Below are positions 1 through 13,099 of a DNA stretch of 64,000 nt, in pieces. The notes beneath the pieces were generated by a model. That model saw only the letters and a list, made by a program, of their open reading frames with translations. It was not told where the DNA came from and made no database searches. The position numbers were made by a program, and so were the translations under genes. How positions within the stretch are numbered: the first letter of the stretch is position 1; the number at the start of each line of letters is the position of its first letter. Source of the stretch: Mobula hypostoma (lineage: Eukaryota); NCBI RefSeq assembly GCF_963921235.1, contig NC_086097.1:87236001-87300000 (forward strand), written 5' to 3'.

Positions 1-329
1 TGGTGGAAATGTATATAATTCACAACCCCAACATTGAGTTGGGGTTTCTCTTTAAGAGGCTGGTCTGACTGATGTAATTACATAACAAGTTCTTTAAGTG
101 CATTTTATGTTCAGTTTTTGATCTGTAAATGAGCTGCTATGGCTTTTCTGAAACATAGAATGCCTCCTCTGTTTTATTGGTGAAAACCTGCAATAGTTTA
201 TTGGTGAAATCATGTTGATGGATCACACTATGAATCCTGATTGTGGCCCACATATGGTCAAATGGGCAGAAACTGTGCATCAGGATCTCAATGCACATTT
301 TCCTGTGACATTCCTTTTATCCTCCTTTA

Positions 330-530
330 TCATTCAAAAATTATTTGAGAGCACAGTAATGCTAAAAAGGGTTAAGAGGACAAACCGGGAGCATTATTTT
401 AAGATAAGCAATACCATTGGAAAAAAGTGTCCTTGGCTCTCACTCGTGAATGCTGAATTTAGAAATGAGATCAGAAATAATTTCTTCACACCAAGAGCAA
501 TTTATTCTTAAAATAGACGTATATCATTTT
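330..530 (+). mobile_element. Old CR1-type LINE 3' fragment
   Basis: Degenerate 'acaaaccgggagcattattttaagata...gaaatgagatcagaaataatttcttcacacc' resembles the CR1 C-terminal TRGH..K..RxxFF coding region. Confidence 0.45.
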
Positions 531-2049
531 GTGGGGACAGGATGTGACAGGAGATCTTTCTTTTCAGACAGATGGATTAAGATAGTTTAATTACTGCCTT
601 TTTTTCTTATAAACATTAGTTGGGAAACTTAAGAACTTGCCAGTAAGTTGTTTATCAACTAAGAGCTTTATCCAAGAACTTGCTTGATGGCATGTGGAAG
701 CTTAATTTCAAAATCTGCTTGTAATTTATTAACACGCTCAAAAGTTCAGCAATTTAACTTTTTTTTGTCACTGAAGCAGTTCAAATAAAATTGGCATCAA
801 ATATAAGATTATGGTTTCAGTGAACTATTTCTCTTCAAATTGAGCCTATGGGAAAAGAAAGGACGAAATGAGAAGGTCGCTGTGAAGACTGTCAGAAACA
901 ATCTTTCCTTCATGGAGAAGAGGAGAGAATGGGCATAAAAGAATGATCTGTTTTTGCAGAGAGAAGTGATGGACAGGCTATGACTTGTCTTGTCATAGTT
1001 GGCTGATATCCAGCTTGTAGAAATTGTGTCCATTGTTGACAGATGTTTGAAGACAAATAATATTGTAACAAATGTGTAATTGTGTTAGATGACAACAATT
1101 AAGGCTGCATCCCATATAGGGGTGATAATGTTACCTTTCAGAATGCAAATATTCATATTGGAAAACAGTTTCCCTCTGGCCAGTAACTGTTCTGTTTCTG
1201 CATGAATACAATTCCTCATAGATCGCTTGCATTTCTTGAGTTGGGTGTCTGATCAGCTTGTTGGCTTGTGCTATTCAGTTGTCAAAACTCAAAAACCATT
1301 CAGTTGTTTGCTTAAGCTAAGTAATGCTGGGAATTTATTGTGTGCTCTCTGTGTTCAGTCTACATGCCCAAATAGTTTACAGCAAAACTTGACCCACAAC
1401 AAGTGATGCAAAGAACCAATGTTACTGCAGTAAGAATAATGCTATAGTGAACTGGAAGATGTAAGGGTTATGGGAATATCATGTTGCAATACAGTTCAGA
1501 TGAGAGTGTCAGCTACCTCTCTTCTCTGTACTTGTAGAGGAACTTTGTGCTTGGATGATTTAATCCATACAAATATACCCACTCAATAGCTTTTTATTTT
1601 AATGAAGTGTTTTGGGGATGACTTTACAAGCCTGTGAAAGCAGATGTAGGGGCTTGCAATTGCAGGCAAACTGCATCCATTATTTGCAATGCAGGTAGTG
1701 CCAACTTAGTGTAGTCTGTGAATTTCAATGGCTTTGCAGCCAGTCACTATTAACCTTTCTTTTAACTTAGAGCATTTGCAGTTTTTTTAAAATCCCATCC
1801 CACTGCTTATTCTTTCATTGCCTAGGTGCTTCTGATCGAAGCCAATAATGTGAGTGGCCCCTTCCAGTTAAAGCTACCCGGTATCTCTTAAAGAGAAGGT
1901 CAGTATACCTGAAGCAGTTGCTGGCAGCTGCTCTGCAGACAGTAACAATGAAAATAAGCTCACTTACTATCATCCACGTAACAAGAAGCCAGATGCAGAC
2001 ACTGGTTGTGAACTTGAGGGACAGTACTTTTGCATGTGGTGAGGATACA

Positions 2050-2465
2050 GGCATAAGGACTGGTCAGCCAGCGAGTCCAGAGTTCCAGTTTGGACTTTGG
2101 GGTCTCATCACCAGCTAGTCTGGGGTTTGATACGGAGGTTCAAAGCCCAAAGGTTGATCTGAAGTCTGGACGTCAAAGCCTGGAGACAGAAGAATTAAGA
2201 CTGGAGTCCTGTCCTGGAGTTGGAGGAGTGTCTGTGTTTGGGTGGGTGGGAGGGAAAAGGGGCTCGTTCTGCTGTTGTTCTGTTTTGCTGTGTTCCCTGT
2301 TGTTCTACTGGGCACTGATGGCATGCTATGTTGGCACCAGAATGCGTGGTGACACTTGCGGGTTGTCTCAACACATCCTTAGGTGCGTTGGTTGTTAATG
2401 CAAACAGAACATTTCACTGTATGTTTCTATATACATGTGATAAATAAATCTGAACCTGAACCTCT
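2050..2465 (+). mobile_element. Nonautonomous retroelement/LINE 3' end with short-repeat tail
   Basis: Ends 'catttcactgtatgtttctatatacatgtgataaataaatctgaacctgaacc'; similar tail at 11280-11325. Confidence 0.45.
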
Positions 2466-3139
2466 TGATCCTTTCAGTATTATAGGATATATGCCATTAT
2501 CCTGATTGGTTTACCCACCTTAATGCCTTTCAGACAACCCAGCACTACTTCCTCCTTAAACTCAAAATGTCCCAACACATTAGTATGCCCCAATTTGTTT
2601 AAGTATCCTCAAAATCCTTCTCCTCATTAAATACTGACATAAATAACATATTTGCTCTGAATCCAACTATAAACCCATTCTTTTATTCTTGAGTGGATCT
2701 ACCCTATCCTTAATTATCCTTATTTTCTTAATATAAGTTTAAAATGCCTTGGTATTCTCCTGGGTCCTGCTCAGCAGGGGCATTTCACGGCCCTTTGTGA
2801 CCTTCCTGACTGGCTGTTTGAAGCACTTTACTGCTGCCTTTATATTCCACAAGGGCCCTATCTGATTTTAGCTTCCGAAAGCCTACATATGCTTTCTGTT
2901 TCTTCCCGACTATATTTAGTCACACTTACAACATCTACCAAAATGGCACACAAAGCACTTTGTCCAGAGTTTGTGCCAGGAAGGCATTTTGGAGCTCCAA
3001 TAGCATCCAAAAGAGGTTACAACAATCCCATTTTCTTACTAGTAGTGTTTGAAGATGATGAATGGAGCTACCTTGTTCAGCACTCAGTCATTAAATTTAT
3101 TCTGCCACAAGGAGCATTTCATAAGTTCCATTTCTTACG

Positions 3140-3690
3140 ATGCATAATCAGGATGCTCTTTATCGATCACAGCTCAGCATTTAATACTAACATCCTCAAT
3201 AAGCTTCAAGATCTTGGCCTCAATTCCTCCTTATGCAATTGGATCCTCGATTTCCTCCCTTGCAGAGCCCAGTTGGTTTGGATTGGCAACAACATCTCCT
3301 CCACAATCTCCATCAGCACAGGTGCACCACAAGGCTGTGTGTTTAACCTCCTTCTCTATCTGCTTTGTACTTATGTCTGTGAAGCTAAGCACAGCTCCAA
3401 TGCCATATTTAGGTTTGCTGATGACACCACTGTCATTGGCCAAGTCAAAAGTGGTAACAAATCAGATTATAGGAGGCAGATTGAATATCCAGCTGAGTGG
3501 TGCTACGATAACAACCTCTTACTCAATGTCAACAAGGCCAAGGAGCTGATTATTGACTTCTGGAAGAGGAAACTGGAGGTTTGTTACTCAGTCCTCATCA
3601 AGGGATCAGAGGCAGGGAGGTTCAGCAACTTTAAATACCCCGATGTTATCATTTCAGGGGATCTGCTCTGGGTCCAGCATGTAAGTGAAT
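3140..3690 (+). mobile_element. Rex1/Babar LINE RT fragment
   Basis: Within ORF 2889-3728: [54 protein letters not shown]. Confidence 0.9.
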
Positions 3691-5389
3691 TCCCCTTGGG
3701 AATATTGACTATAGTCAATATAATTTAGCTCACAATATGCATTCAAATCCTATGATTACATCAACAAATGGAATCTTAAAGTAAACAAATAATTTGATAT
3801 GAGAATTTAAAACTGTGATAGAATTGTAGATTTACTTTTCACAACTAAAAATGGTACTGTTTTTGGTTTTCCAGATGAAGCATTTTTACCAAAGAGAGTG
3901 CTTGATGATAAATTCCTTACAATTAATTTTTCATGTTTTAATTGCACCTCTAATTTAATTCGCTGTTTATTGAAGCTATGATCTTTTGCTGTCATTCAAC
4001 AAATGAACACATTAATGACATGCTCCTTGAACCTCCAGAAAACAGATGTATATATTTGCTACAGTTGCCCCCTTGACAGTCATAGACACTATAAACATTC
4101 GAGTGCATGGCACTTACAAATGCAAATCAAGCATTTTACCTCCATTTTCTTGAATCTGAAATGGGAAAAAATAACAATAGCTGTAAAGAGGTTGATCACA
4201 GTTTTCAGACTAGATGGAGTGGTTAACAGTCAGTGGAATAGAAAGCTCCATGAAATTGTTAAAACCTTTTTCAGCTGTTTACATTTGCAGAATACTTACT
4301 GCAACGACTAGTCTGCTGAGGAACTCAGCGGGTCTAGCAGCATCCTACATACAAATATGTGGTTGCAAATTTGTATTTTAAAATGAATAGAAAACACTCA
4401 GCAGAGGACTAGGTAGAACAAAAGTTCCACATAGATTAGTTAAGCCAGGAGCCCGTTTCTGTGCTGTAGTACTCTATAACACTACGACTCTACGATTTCA
4501 CCAATCATCATAAATCTGATGTTATTTTAATATGACTAATGGAAGTCCCAGTTACAATTGAATTTATAACTGTGTTATGATGGAAGTTTAACCTGCAATT
4601 TAAAAAAATCTATATGCATATTACATCCAATTAGCATAATTTATTATTCAGTTTTCTTATTTGCATACTAGATTTACATACAGGTTTTTGCAATGATGTT
4701 TTAGAATAACTGATTAAAGTGCTATGATGCTGAATTTATTGGGAAATATAGATATATAGCAAAGGAGAAAATTTGGTCCTTTGAGCCAGCCCCTAAAGAT
4801 GCTGTGGTATTTTCAATTCTCTGAAATAATTAATCCTTTCTCAGCTGTATACATTTTGCTTTCAAATTCAAAGACAAGGTATTCCTCCTGCCAGATACAT
4901 CTTTTGTGGTAATGAACCAGATTGTTTAAAGCAAATTCACAAGGAAAGTAAGGACGGGAAATGACACAACAATACTTAGATTCAAAGGAAAATGATAATT
5001 ATGGTAAATGAGTTATAACTGATTGTTGCCACTCAAATCTGTATGGGAAGTTACACTTTCATTCTTTTCCAAGCTTTTACACACAGACTGCACTTCTGCA
5101 TGTATTTTGCTTGTTCATTTTAAAGTAACCTTATTTAGCAGGTTATCACAAAAATTAAGCTAAAATGTTTTCCTCACTGCTCAAGATGCACTGATGCCCT
5201 CAGTTCCCCAAAAACCTTCATCAAACCAGCCAATACCATGTGTGACCCAGTCTAGGCACACCCAGGTTCTTTGATACAATGTTGGTGAGACTGTTGATCA
5301 AATTGTCTACATCAAAATTAAATAAATTCAAAAGATGTCAAAAAAACCTGCGGTAGTGCCAGCTGAATTCGACAAGTGAATGGATGTTT

Positions 5390-5762
5390 CATAGTCATAG
5401 TCATAGTCATACTTTATTGATCCCGGGGGAAATTGTTTTTCGTTACAGTTGCACCATAAATAATTAAATAGTAATAAAACCATAAATAGTCAAATAGTAA
5501 TATGTAAATTATGCCAGGAAATAAGACCAGGACCAGCCTATTGGCTCAGGGTGTCTGACCCTCCTAGGGAGGAGTTGTAAAGTTTGATGGCCACAGGCAG
5601 GAATGACTTCCTATGACGCTCGGTGTTGCATCTCGGTGGAATGAGTCTCTGGCTGAATGTAATCCTGTGCCCAACCAGTACATTATGCAGTGGATGGGAG
5701 ACATTGTCCAAGATGGCATGCAACTTAGACAGCATCCTCTTTTCAGATACCACCGTCAGAGA
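5390..5762 (-). mobile_element. Rex1/Babar LINE 3' end with (ACTATG)n tail
   Basis: ORF 5538-5777: HAILDNVSHPLH...PRCNTERHRKSFLPVAIKLYNS; AATAAA followed by (ACTATG)3 on minus. Confidence 0.85.
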
Positions 5763-6324
5763 GATTTTGTAAGTCAAGAGATATTTTCAAATATTGTTAC
5801 GTGCAATGTGTTGTGCATTTTCCTATACTATTCTAGTTAGGTATCACTCTAACTCACTTAGACATTGAGCATTAAGAAAATATGACTATTTATTGAGACA
5901 GTATAACCTTATTTAAACTGGTGCAAACAAGTGCTACAATAGGTAGCTCACCTCGCATGTCGTATTTTATTAAGGTTGTAGCAACCCACTAGTCTTAATG
6001 AAGCATTTTTTTTCGAAATTGATAGCCTTATACCACATTAATATCCATAAGGTAACAGAAAATGACAAGAGAACACTCAGACCTGAGCATCAAGAAAATA
6101 CAGCTACTTATTGGGTAGACAAGGCCAGGAGGATAAAATTTAGCACTTGGAAAACAGGAGCTCAAGATGAAATGTTTGAAATGGCCTTGATGAATGAGGT
6201 GAAAAGCCATTGACCTAAAATATTAAATCCATTTCTTAAGAGAAGCTGAAGCATGGCACAAATAGATGATGTATCTATTTATAGCATTTATATATAACAG
6301 ATGATGATCAGAAATAATAATCTC

Positions 6325-7005
6325 TTCCTCTCTGACAATCCACATCGGCAAACCTCAGGGATGCGCTCTTAGCCCACTGCTCTACTCTCTCTGCACCCAT
6401 GACTTTGTGGAAAGGCACAGCGTAAACACCATCTATAAATTTGCTGATGACGCAAGTGTTGTCGACATAATCACCAGTGGTGACAAGGACGTTTTGCAGA
6501 AGTGAGATAGATTGGCTGGTTGGGTTCTGTTGCAACAACCTTACACTCAACATCAGTCAGACCATGGAACTGACTGTGGACTTCAGGAAGGGGACATTGA
6601 TGGCAGTGGAAAGAGTAAGTAGTTTCAACTTCCTGTGTGTCAATGTCTCAGAAGATCTATCCTGTGGCAAGCATATTGATGCAATGATGAAGAAGGCGCA
6701 TCGGCAGCTATATCCCATTAGGAGTTTGAGGATATTTGGTATTTTGTCAAAGACTCTAGCAAATTTCTGCAGATGTACCATGGACAGCATTCTAACTGGT
6801 TACATCATGTCTAGTATGGAGGGGCCACTGCACAGGATTAGAGAAAGCTGCCAAGGATTGTAAACTCAACCAGCTCCATCTTGGCGACTAGCCTCCTCCT
6901 CATCAAGGACAGCTTCAGAAGATGATGCCTCAAAAAGGCAGTATCCATCATTAAGGACCCGCACTATCAATGGTGTGCCCCCTTTTCATTGCTGTCATCA
7001 GACAG
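6325..7005 (+). mobile_element. Rex1/Babar LINE RT/C-terminal fragment
   Basis: PQGCALSPLLYSL, KFADD, NNLTLNISQTMELTVDFRK, VERVSSFNFLCV, KKAHRQLY; frameshifted. Confidence 0.85.
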
Positions 7006-7009
7006 GAGT

Positions 7010-7345
7010 AGTTAATGTTGTTCCATGATTCAAGAAGGGAAATGGGGATAATCCTGGAAACTATAGGCTGGAGAGTCTGATGTCACTGGGGTGGATGCCT
7101 CAGGGTAGGATTTATGAGCATTTGGAAAACTTTAGCCTAATTAGAGGTAAGCAGCATGGCTTAGTATGGGGCAAGCTGTTTCATACTAACTTGATTGAGC
7201 TTTTTTCAATGTGCAGGAAATGGAAGGACATTCGGTCTGCAGAAAGGATTAGTTTAATTGGGCACTTGATTACTAATTTAATTAATTTGGCACAAAACTG
7301 TGGGCCAAGGGCTGGTTCTTTTTCTGTAGTATTCTATGTTCTACT
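7010..7345 (+). mobile_element. CR1 LINE, internally deleted fragment
   Basis: NVVP*FKKG..DNPGNYR, QHGLVWGKLFHTNLIELF, then a CR1-type 3' tail 'tttctgtagtattctatgttcta'. Confidence 0.75.
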
Positions 7346-8130
7346 TTTAGATTAGTATTAATACAACAAAAAAAATGAAAAGAAAAATAATCCTGCATCT
7401 ATTTAGCAAGGAGCCTTTCTGAAATAATTGAACTTGAGCTTTAAAGACTGAAGAGAGTTTGTTTGAAATGATTGTTCCTCAAGCCACTGAGTTTTAGTAA
7501 AAAGAGCATTAGAAGTCAGGTGGGACTAAGAATTAGAATGGCAAGCATTCATGTGCTCTGGATCAGGCATGCAAGCTGAAAAGAGGTAATCAGTAAAATA
7601 ATCATCACATGGATAGTTTTTAAAAACTGCAAATGCTGAAAATAAGAAGTAGAAATAATTACTAGAAACATTCAACAGGGCAGGCAGCATCTATGGAAAG
7701 AGAAATGGTTAATTTATTAAGTCAAAGATTCTTCTACAAAACTAGGAAACAGAGAAATCAAGTTAGTTTTGAGTTTAATTAAGAGTGAGGGTGGGATGAA
7801 AGGGCAAAGGAGACACTTGTATTAGAGTCAAGCTCGGGTTATCATTAGGAATAGTTCAGATTCAGCTATGCAAATGATAAATCAATGAACGGAAAGAGTG
7901 AGAGAAAGAACGGTCAGTGGCATGAAATCCTGTGCCCAGCATATCAGGCTGCACTAATGAAGAATGGAAAAACAACCAATTTTGCAAATAGGTAATCTGC
8001 AGCAGAACAGGCCAGTTCTACGAGCAACAGAGAAAATGAGATTTCCGAAGTTAGAGAAACTTGAGATTGAGTCCAGAAAGCTAGTAAGTGCCAGGTGGAA
8101 GATGCAATGCTGTTTCTTGAGCTTTGGCTT

Positions 8131-8940
8131 CAAAGGTCAAAGGTTCAAAGGTCCAATGTAATGTATACAATATACATCCTGAAATGCTTTTTCTTCACAA
8201 ACATCCATGAAAACAGAGAAGTGCCCCAAAGAATGAACGACAGTTAAACATGAGAACCCCAAAGTCCCCCCAGCTCCCCCCTCCCGGGCGTAAATGGCAG
8301 CAAGCAACAATCCCCCCTACCCTGCCCCGCCGCCACTGGCAAAAAAAGCTAGCATCGGCATCACCGAGCACTCAAACGCGAGCAAAGCAATAGCAAAGAC
8401 ACAGACTTGCAGTTACCCCAAAGACTTCTTGTTTCACCCAGTATTTGACATACCGCAGGTTCTCTCTCTCTCCCTAATAAGAGGTGTCTCCATTTTCCCA
8501 GCGAGCAGGGAGACATAACAAACAACTCGCTGGTTTATGATATTAAAAGTCACTTTTTTTGAGCTCTGTGCCTGAAGATCGCAACTATCTCGGGTCTTCA
8601 AGCACAGAGCAGTAGATTTTCCGACTCCCCCAACGACACACGGGTCTCCTGCCATGACACTGACCCTTGATCCACCCATCTCCAGAGCCCTGAGATCTTA
8701 GGCTTCCAAATCCAAGCTGGACTCTTAGGCCGGACCCTTGTTGTGACTAACAACAGGCAGTCCTGAAACCCCGAGAGCAGGTCACATTCTTGCAAAGAAC
8801 CGAAATCAGCATGTAACTCCAGGTCAAGGTCTTCAAAAGAACCCTGAAAGGGAAAAATAAAAATAGTGAAGATGGAAATAGAGCTATTTCTGAAGACACA
8901 AGCAAAGGAGTTGCTGTTTAGTGCCATCTTAACTCCCCTT
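8131..8940 (-). mobile_element. Nonautonomous retroelement, (CCTTTGAA)n-tailed family, copy 1
   Basis: Near reverse complement of 9436-10097; tail reads 'caaaggtcaaaggttcaaagg' on plus. Confidence 0.75.
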
Positions 8941-9435
8941 CCATCATTCATGTTAACAATGCAAGAGGCAACAGGAATGGATCAGTGGTGAAGTGAAGAA
9001 TTAAAGCAGAAGGCAACAGAAAGCATAGGGTTGTTCCAATAAACGGACCACAGGTACTCTGCAAAGCATTTAACCAATGATGAAGTGTTTTGGCCCAAAT
9101 CATTGACTCTGTTTCTTTTCTTAGATGCTGCCTCCAGCACTTTGTGAGCATTATTCTGAAATTCCAGCGTCTGCAAAATCTCTTCCGTTTAAGCAGTTAC
9201 CCAAACTGTGTTTGATTTCTTTGCATAGAAGAGACCACATTGTGAACACCAGATGCAGTACGTTAGATTGGTGTAAGTCAATCACGCTTCACCAAACATC
9301 CTAGACCCACTGCAAATTACCTACCACAGAAACAGGTTCAGAACTGTTACACTTTGTAACTTTAAAGCATTAAACTAACTGAAAAGAAGACATGGGAGTC
9401 CAAAATGTGAGTCTAACTTTGTGTTTACTTTAAGC

Positions 9436-10097
9436 GGGAATTTTTGTGGGAATGGGAACCACTCTCAGAGCTTCACAACTGTCTGTTATTCGTCACACCA
9501 AGGGCACAGCCTAAGAGCTTTGCCCGCCTTCAGAGGTTCAAGATTTCACGGCTCTGGAGATGGGGGAATCGGAGGTCGGTGTCTAGGCAGGAGATTGGTG
9601 TGTCGTGGGAGATGAAAGATCTAAGGCTGTGTGCCCAGAGACCCGAGATATTTGGTCAGAGAGCTCGGAAAAAGCGATGCAATGGACTTTTAACATTGTA
9701 AACCAACGAGTTGGTCGTTATGTCTCCCAGCTCACTGGGAAAATGGAGGCACCTCCCTCTCCCTTATCAAGGAGAGACGGAACCTGTGGCATGTTGAATG
9801 CCGGTGTGAAACGCAAGTCTTTGGGGTAACTGCAAGTCTGTGTCTTTGCTATTGCTTTGCTCGCGCTTGAGTGTGATGCTTGCGTTTTTATTGCTGGTGG
9901 GGGGAGGGGGATTATTGCTCGCTGCCGCTTCCACGTGGGAAGGGGGAGCTGTGGGGGAACTTGGGTTCTCACGTTTAACTGTCATTAATTCTTTGGGGCA
10001 CTTCTCTGTTTCTATGGATGTTTGCAAAGAAAAAGCATTTCAGGATGTATATTGTATACATTTCTCTGACATTAAATTGTACCTTTGAACCTTTGAA
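9436..10097 (+). mobile_element. Nonautonomous retroelement, (CCTTTGAA)n-tailed family, copy 2
   Basis: Ends 'attaaattgtacctttgaacctttgaa'; homologous to 8131-8940. Confidence 0.75.
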
Positions 10098-10119
10098 TAT
10101 TAAATACACAACTACAAAT

Positions 10120-11325
10120 GATGCCATCTCCCTGACAGTAAACTCATTTTGTTAGACCTCTGCCCCTTACCTTACTTCCAAAACACACATGACTGTACAG
10201 TCAAATTCTGTTCCAAATCAATCTACAGATTCACAGATGGCACCACTGTAGTGAGTTGGATCTCAAACAGTGAGACAGAGTAAAGGAAGGGTAAACAAAT
10301 TCAAGTGGCATGGTGTCAAGACCACAACCTCTCTTCAATGTCAGAAAAGCTTAAGAACTGGTTATTGACTTCAGCAAACTTGGTGGAGTACATGGTGTTG
10401 GCTGTATCAATGGTGCTAAAGTAGAGGTGGTTGAAAACTTTGAAGTAGCTGTAACTATCACCAACCATCATGGATCTTCGAAAGCACAAGAGTGCCAATA
10501 CTTCTGCAGAAGGCTAAGAAAACTCAATAATTTATTTTATTTTATGTTAGAGATACAGTGTGAAGCAGCCCCTCTAGTCTTTCAAGCCATGATGCCCAGC
10601 AATCACCAACAACCCTGATTTAATTCTGACCTAATCACGAGACAATTCACAGTGACCAACTAACCTGCCCAGTATGTCTTTGGACTGTGGGAGGAAAGCA
10701 GAAGTCTCTGGGGAAAACCCATGCATTCCATTAGGATGACATACAGAGGATGCCAGAGCATGTCCTGGATGACCCCGAATGCTTACAGATGCATGATAGA
10801 AATTATCCCAGCTCACCATGGCAGGTGCTCTTCCCAAGATAACAAGAAATTGTGAAGTTATGAATACAGCACAGTCTATCACAAAAGCCAGCCTTTCATC
10901 CTTTGACTTTGTTTATACTTCCTGCTGCATCAGACAAGCAGCCAACAAAATAAAGGACTCTGCCCACCCCTGTCATTCTTGCTTCTCCCCCTTCCCATTG
11001 AGCAGAGGATAGAAAAACTTAAGGACGTATAGTACCAGGCACAAGGACAGTTTCTATCCCACAGTTACAAGACTCTTGAAGGGATTTCTTACATGCTAAA
11101 GGTGAACTCTTGATCTCTTGATATACCTCTTCATTACCTTACACTTTATTTGTTAATCTACACTGGTCTATTCTGTAACTGCAACACTATATTCCGCATT
11201 CTGCTCTTTTGTTCCTCCTTTATTACTTGATGTACTTGTGTATGAAATGATTTGACTGGATGGCATTGAAACAAAGGCTTTTCACTGTATCTTGGTCATG
11301 TGACTATAAACCAACTACCAATTAC
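10120..11325 (+). mobile_element. Degenerate Rex1/Babar LINE 3' portion, interrupted by a V-SINE
   Basis: Eroded YRFTDGTTVV, QDHNLSSMSEKLKNW, 'gcccacccctgtcattcttgcttctcccc...taccaggc..aaggacagtttctatccc'. Confidence 0.7.
10530..10785 (-). mobile_element. V-domain (HE1/DANA-like) SINE
   Basis: 'ctaacctgcccagtatgtctttggactgtgggaggaaagcagaagtctctggggaaaacccatgca' is the reverse of the V-SINE central domain. Confidence 0.7.
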
Positions 11326-13099
11326 CTAGATAGAATCTTAAAGTCCCTGTAAGGTAAGAAAGAAAGAGTTTGAAAGAAAGATGTTGCGTCTCTAACTATT
11401 GAGAAAGTGCCATGGGTAGTAGAGTGGTTAGTGGAGACAAACAAATAGATGAGTGAGTCTCAAAGGTAACAGTCCTTTTAGAATGATGAAGGGGGGTCTT
11501 GGCCAGAAAGAACTACAATCTCCAAATCAGTGAACAGGAATGAGACAAGGGCTATGGAAACAGACAATGCAAAAGTCTTTGTTCTTGCCATGTGTTTCCA
11601 GAAATGGAGGTGGCCATTTTCTGAGACTGTCCTTGCAGCTGCCATTTTGTGAACTGTTTGGTGAACCATTTCTTGCTCTGGGACAATGTAATCAGAGCAC
11701 TGAACATGGATATGATGAGTTTTCTGCTGAGACCACTTTCAGATAAGAATCCCTTTATTAAGTAAAATGCAGCTTTGCAGAAGGAACAGCCTGTAATCTG
11801 CTGTCTGGACACAATGTTTGGCTGGTTTGAACCAGTCTGTGTTGGACAGAATAAAAGACATTAGCTAGGTCACAAGGCTGAAGCAAGAGCCATAAAGCAA
11901 GACTGCTAGTAGCCCGTGGTCATAGCCAATAAGAACTGACACAAGTCAGTCAGATGACTTGAGCCAACACAATTGAAACATCATAGATTGATCTGATCAG
12001 AAAAAATGGAGGATTTGGGGAGTACAGGCAGTGACAACTCTCCGGACTCTTTTTTCCCAGGTTTTTTTTTCCCTCTTCTTTGACTGGTCACGGTCAGGAA
12101 AACCTAGTTGGTGTGCACATAGGTATTCAGTTGTGTAGATTCACGTGCCTGTGAACCGAGCCAATAATGGTACTTGTCAGTGAATACAGATCCTCCCTGT
12201 GCCGAACTTATTATCACTGAAGGGTAATCCTTGCAAAAAGGGCAAGATATGTCTTGCGATGGAATCGTATTTAACACAACAGATATTGCAAAAGGTGATT
12301 CAAAAGGTGAATTAGGTTGGGTAGAAAATGAACCCAGGGAAATTCTTTGCTTTCTATGTCCAGGAGGAGTGGGGATGAAAGCAGAGGTGAGGGAAATAGA
12401 TGAGATGTGCCAAAGGCGGTGAACGGGAAGCAATTGTTCAGGAACAAGGTAAGGAATCAACCCTTCTGCATTTAATCTTTCCACAGTGGAGATCAGCAGC
12501 GAAGGATATGACATATTAAAATGAAAGAAGGAGAAATAACTTACTAGAAGATGAGGGAGCAGCAACTGAAAACCAGCTTTTGCTTCTGTTGCACTATTCA
12601 CTCTGACCCACTGGAAATTGCCTTCATTTTCTCCTTCTTTTAGATATTGCATTTTTTTTCTTTATGTACAAGTACAGATGGTGTATGGAGAGAGAAACGT
12701 AACACTTTATCAACAATTCATGGGTGAAAATGCATTCATAATGAATTATCATCATATGGAGGAAGTCGGATCTAGTTCTGTGCCGAAGAGGGGCATTTAA
12801 ACTTTGCCTTCTTCAACTAATATTTACGTAATGCAACAACTGCAAGCCAGTCTCCAAGGCAACAGAAGGATTCTCTCCCAAAAGTAACACTTTACAAAGT
12901 TCTTTTTTTAAAGAAGAATATTTTCTGCAGTTGATATTGTGCATCATTTCATCACCATCTAAATAAGTTTGTGGATCTAGCTGAGTTAAAATAAACAAAT
13001 AAAAACTGGTAAGTTGTGGCAGCTCATAGAAACAGCCATGTCCATGTGCACTGATTTGAGAGTACTTAATTGCTTCTTTGGATAAAAAGAAAACACAAA

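Larger units (their letters stand above)
7625..12450 (-). mobile_element. Old Penelope-like element, fragmented by later insertions
   Basis: PLE-like segments at about 7625-8130, 9230-9295, 11335-11510 and 12230-12450 resemble successive parts of the better-preserved PLE at 13100-14215. Confidence 0.5.

Noticed and set aside
2889..3728. 279-aa ORF as a host gene
   Set aside because: Chance read-through: an unrecognisable N-terminus fused to a decayed Rex1 RT fragment with internal deletions.
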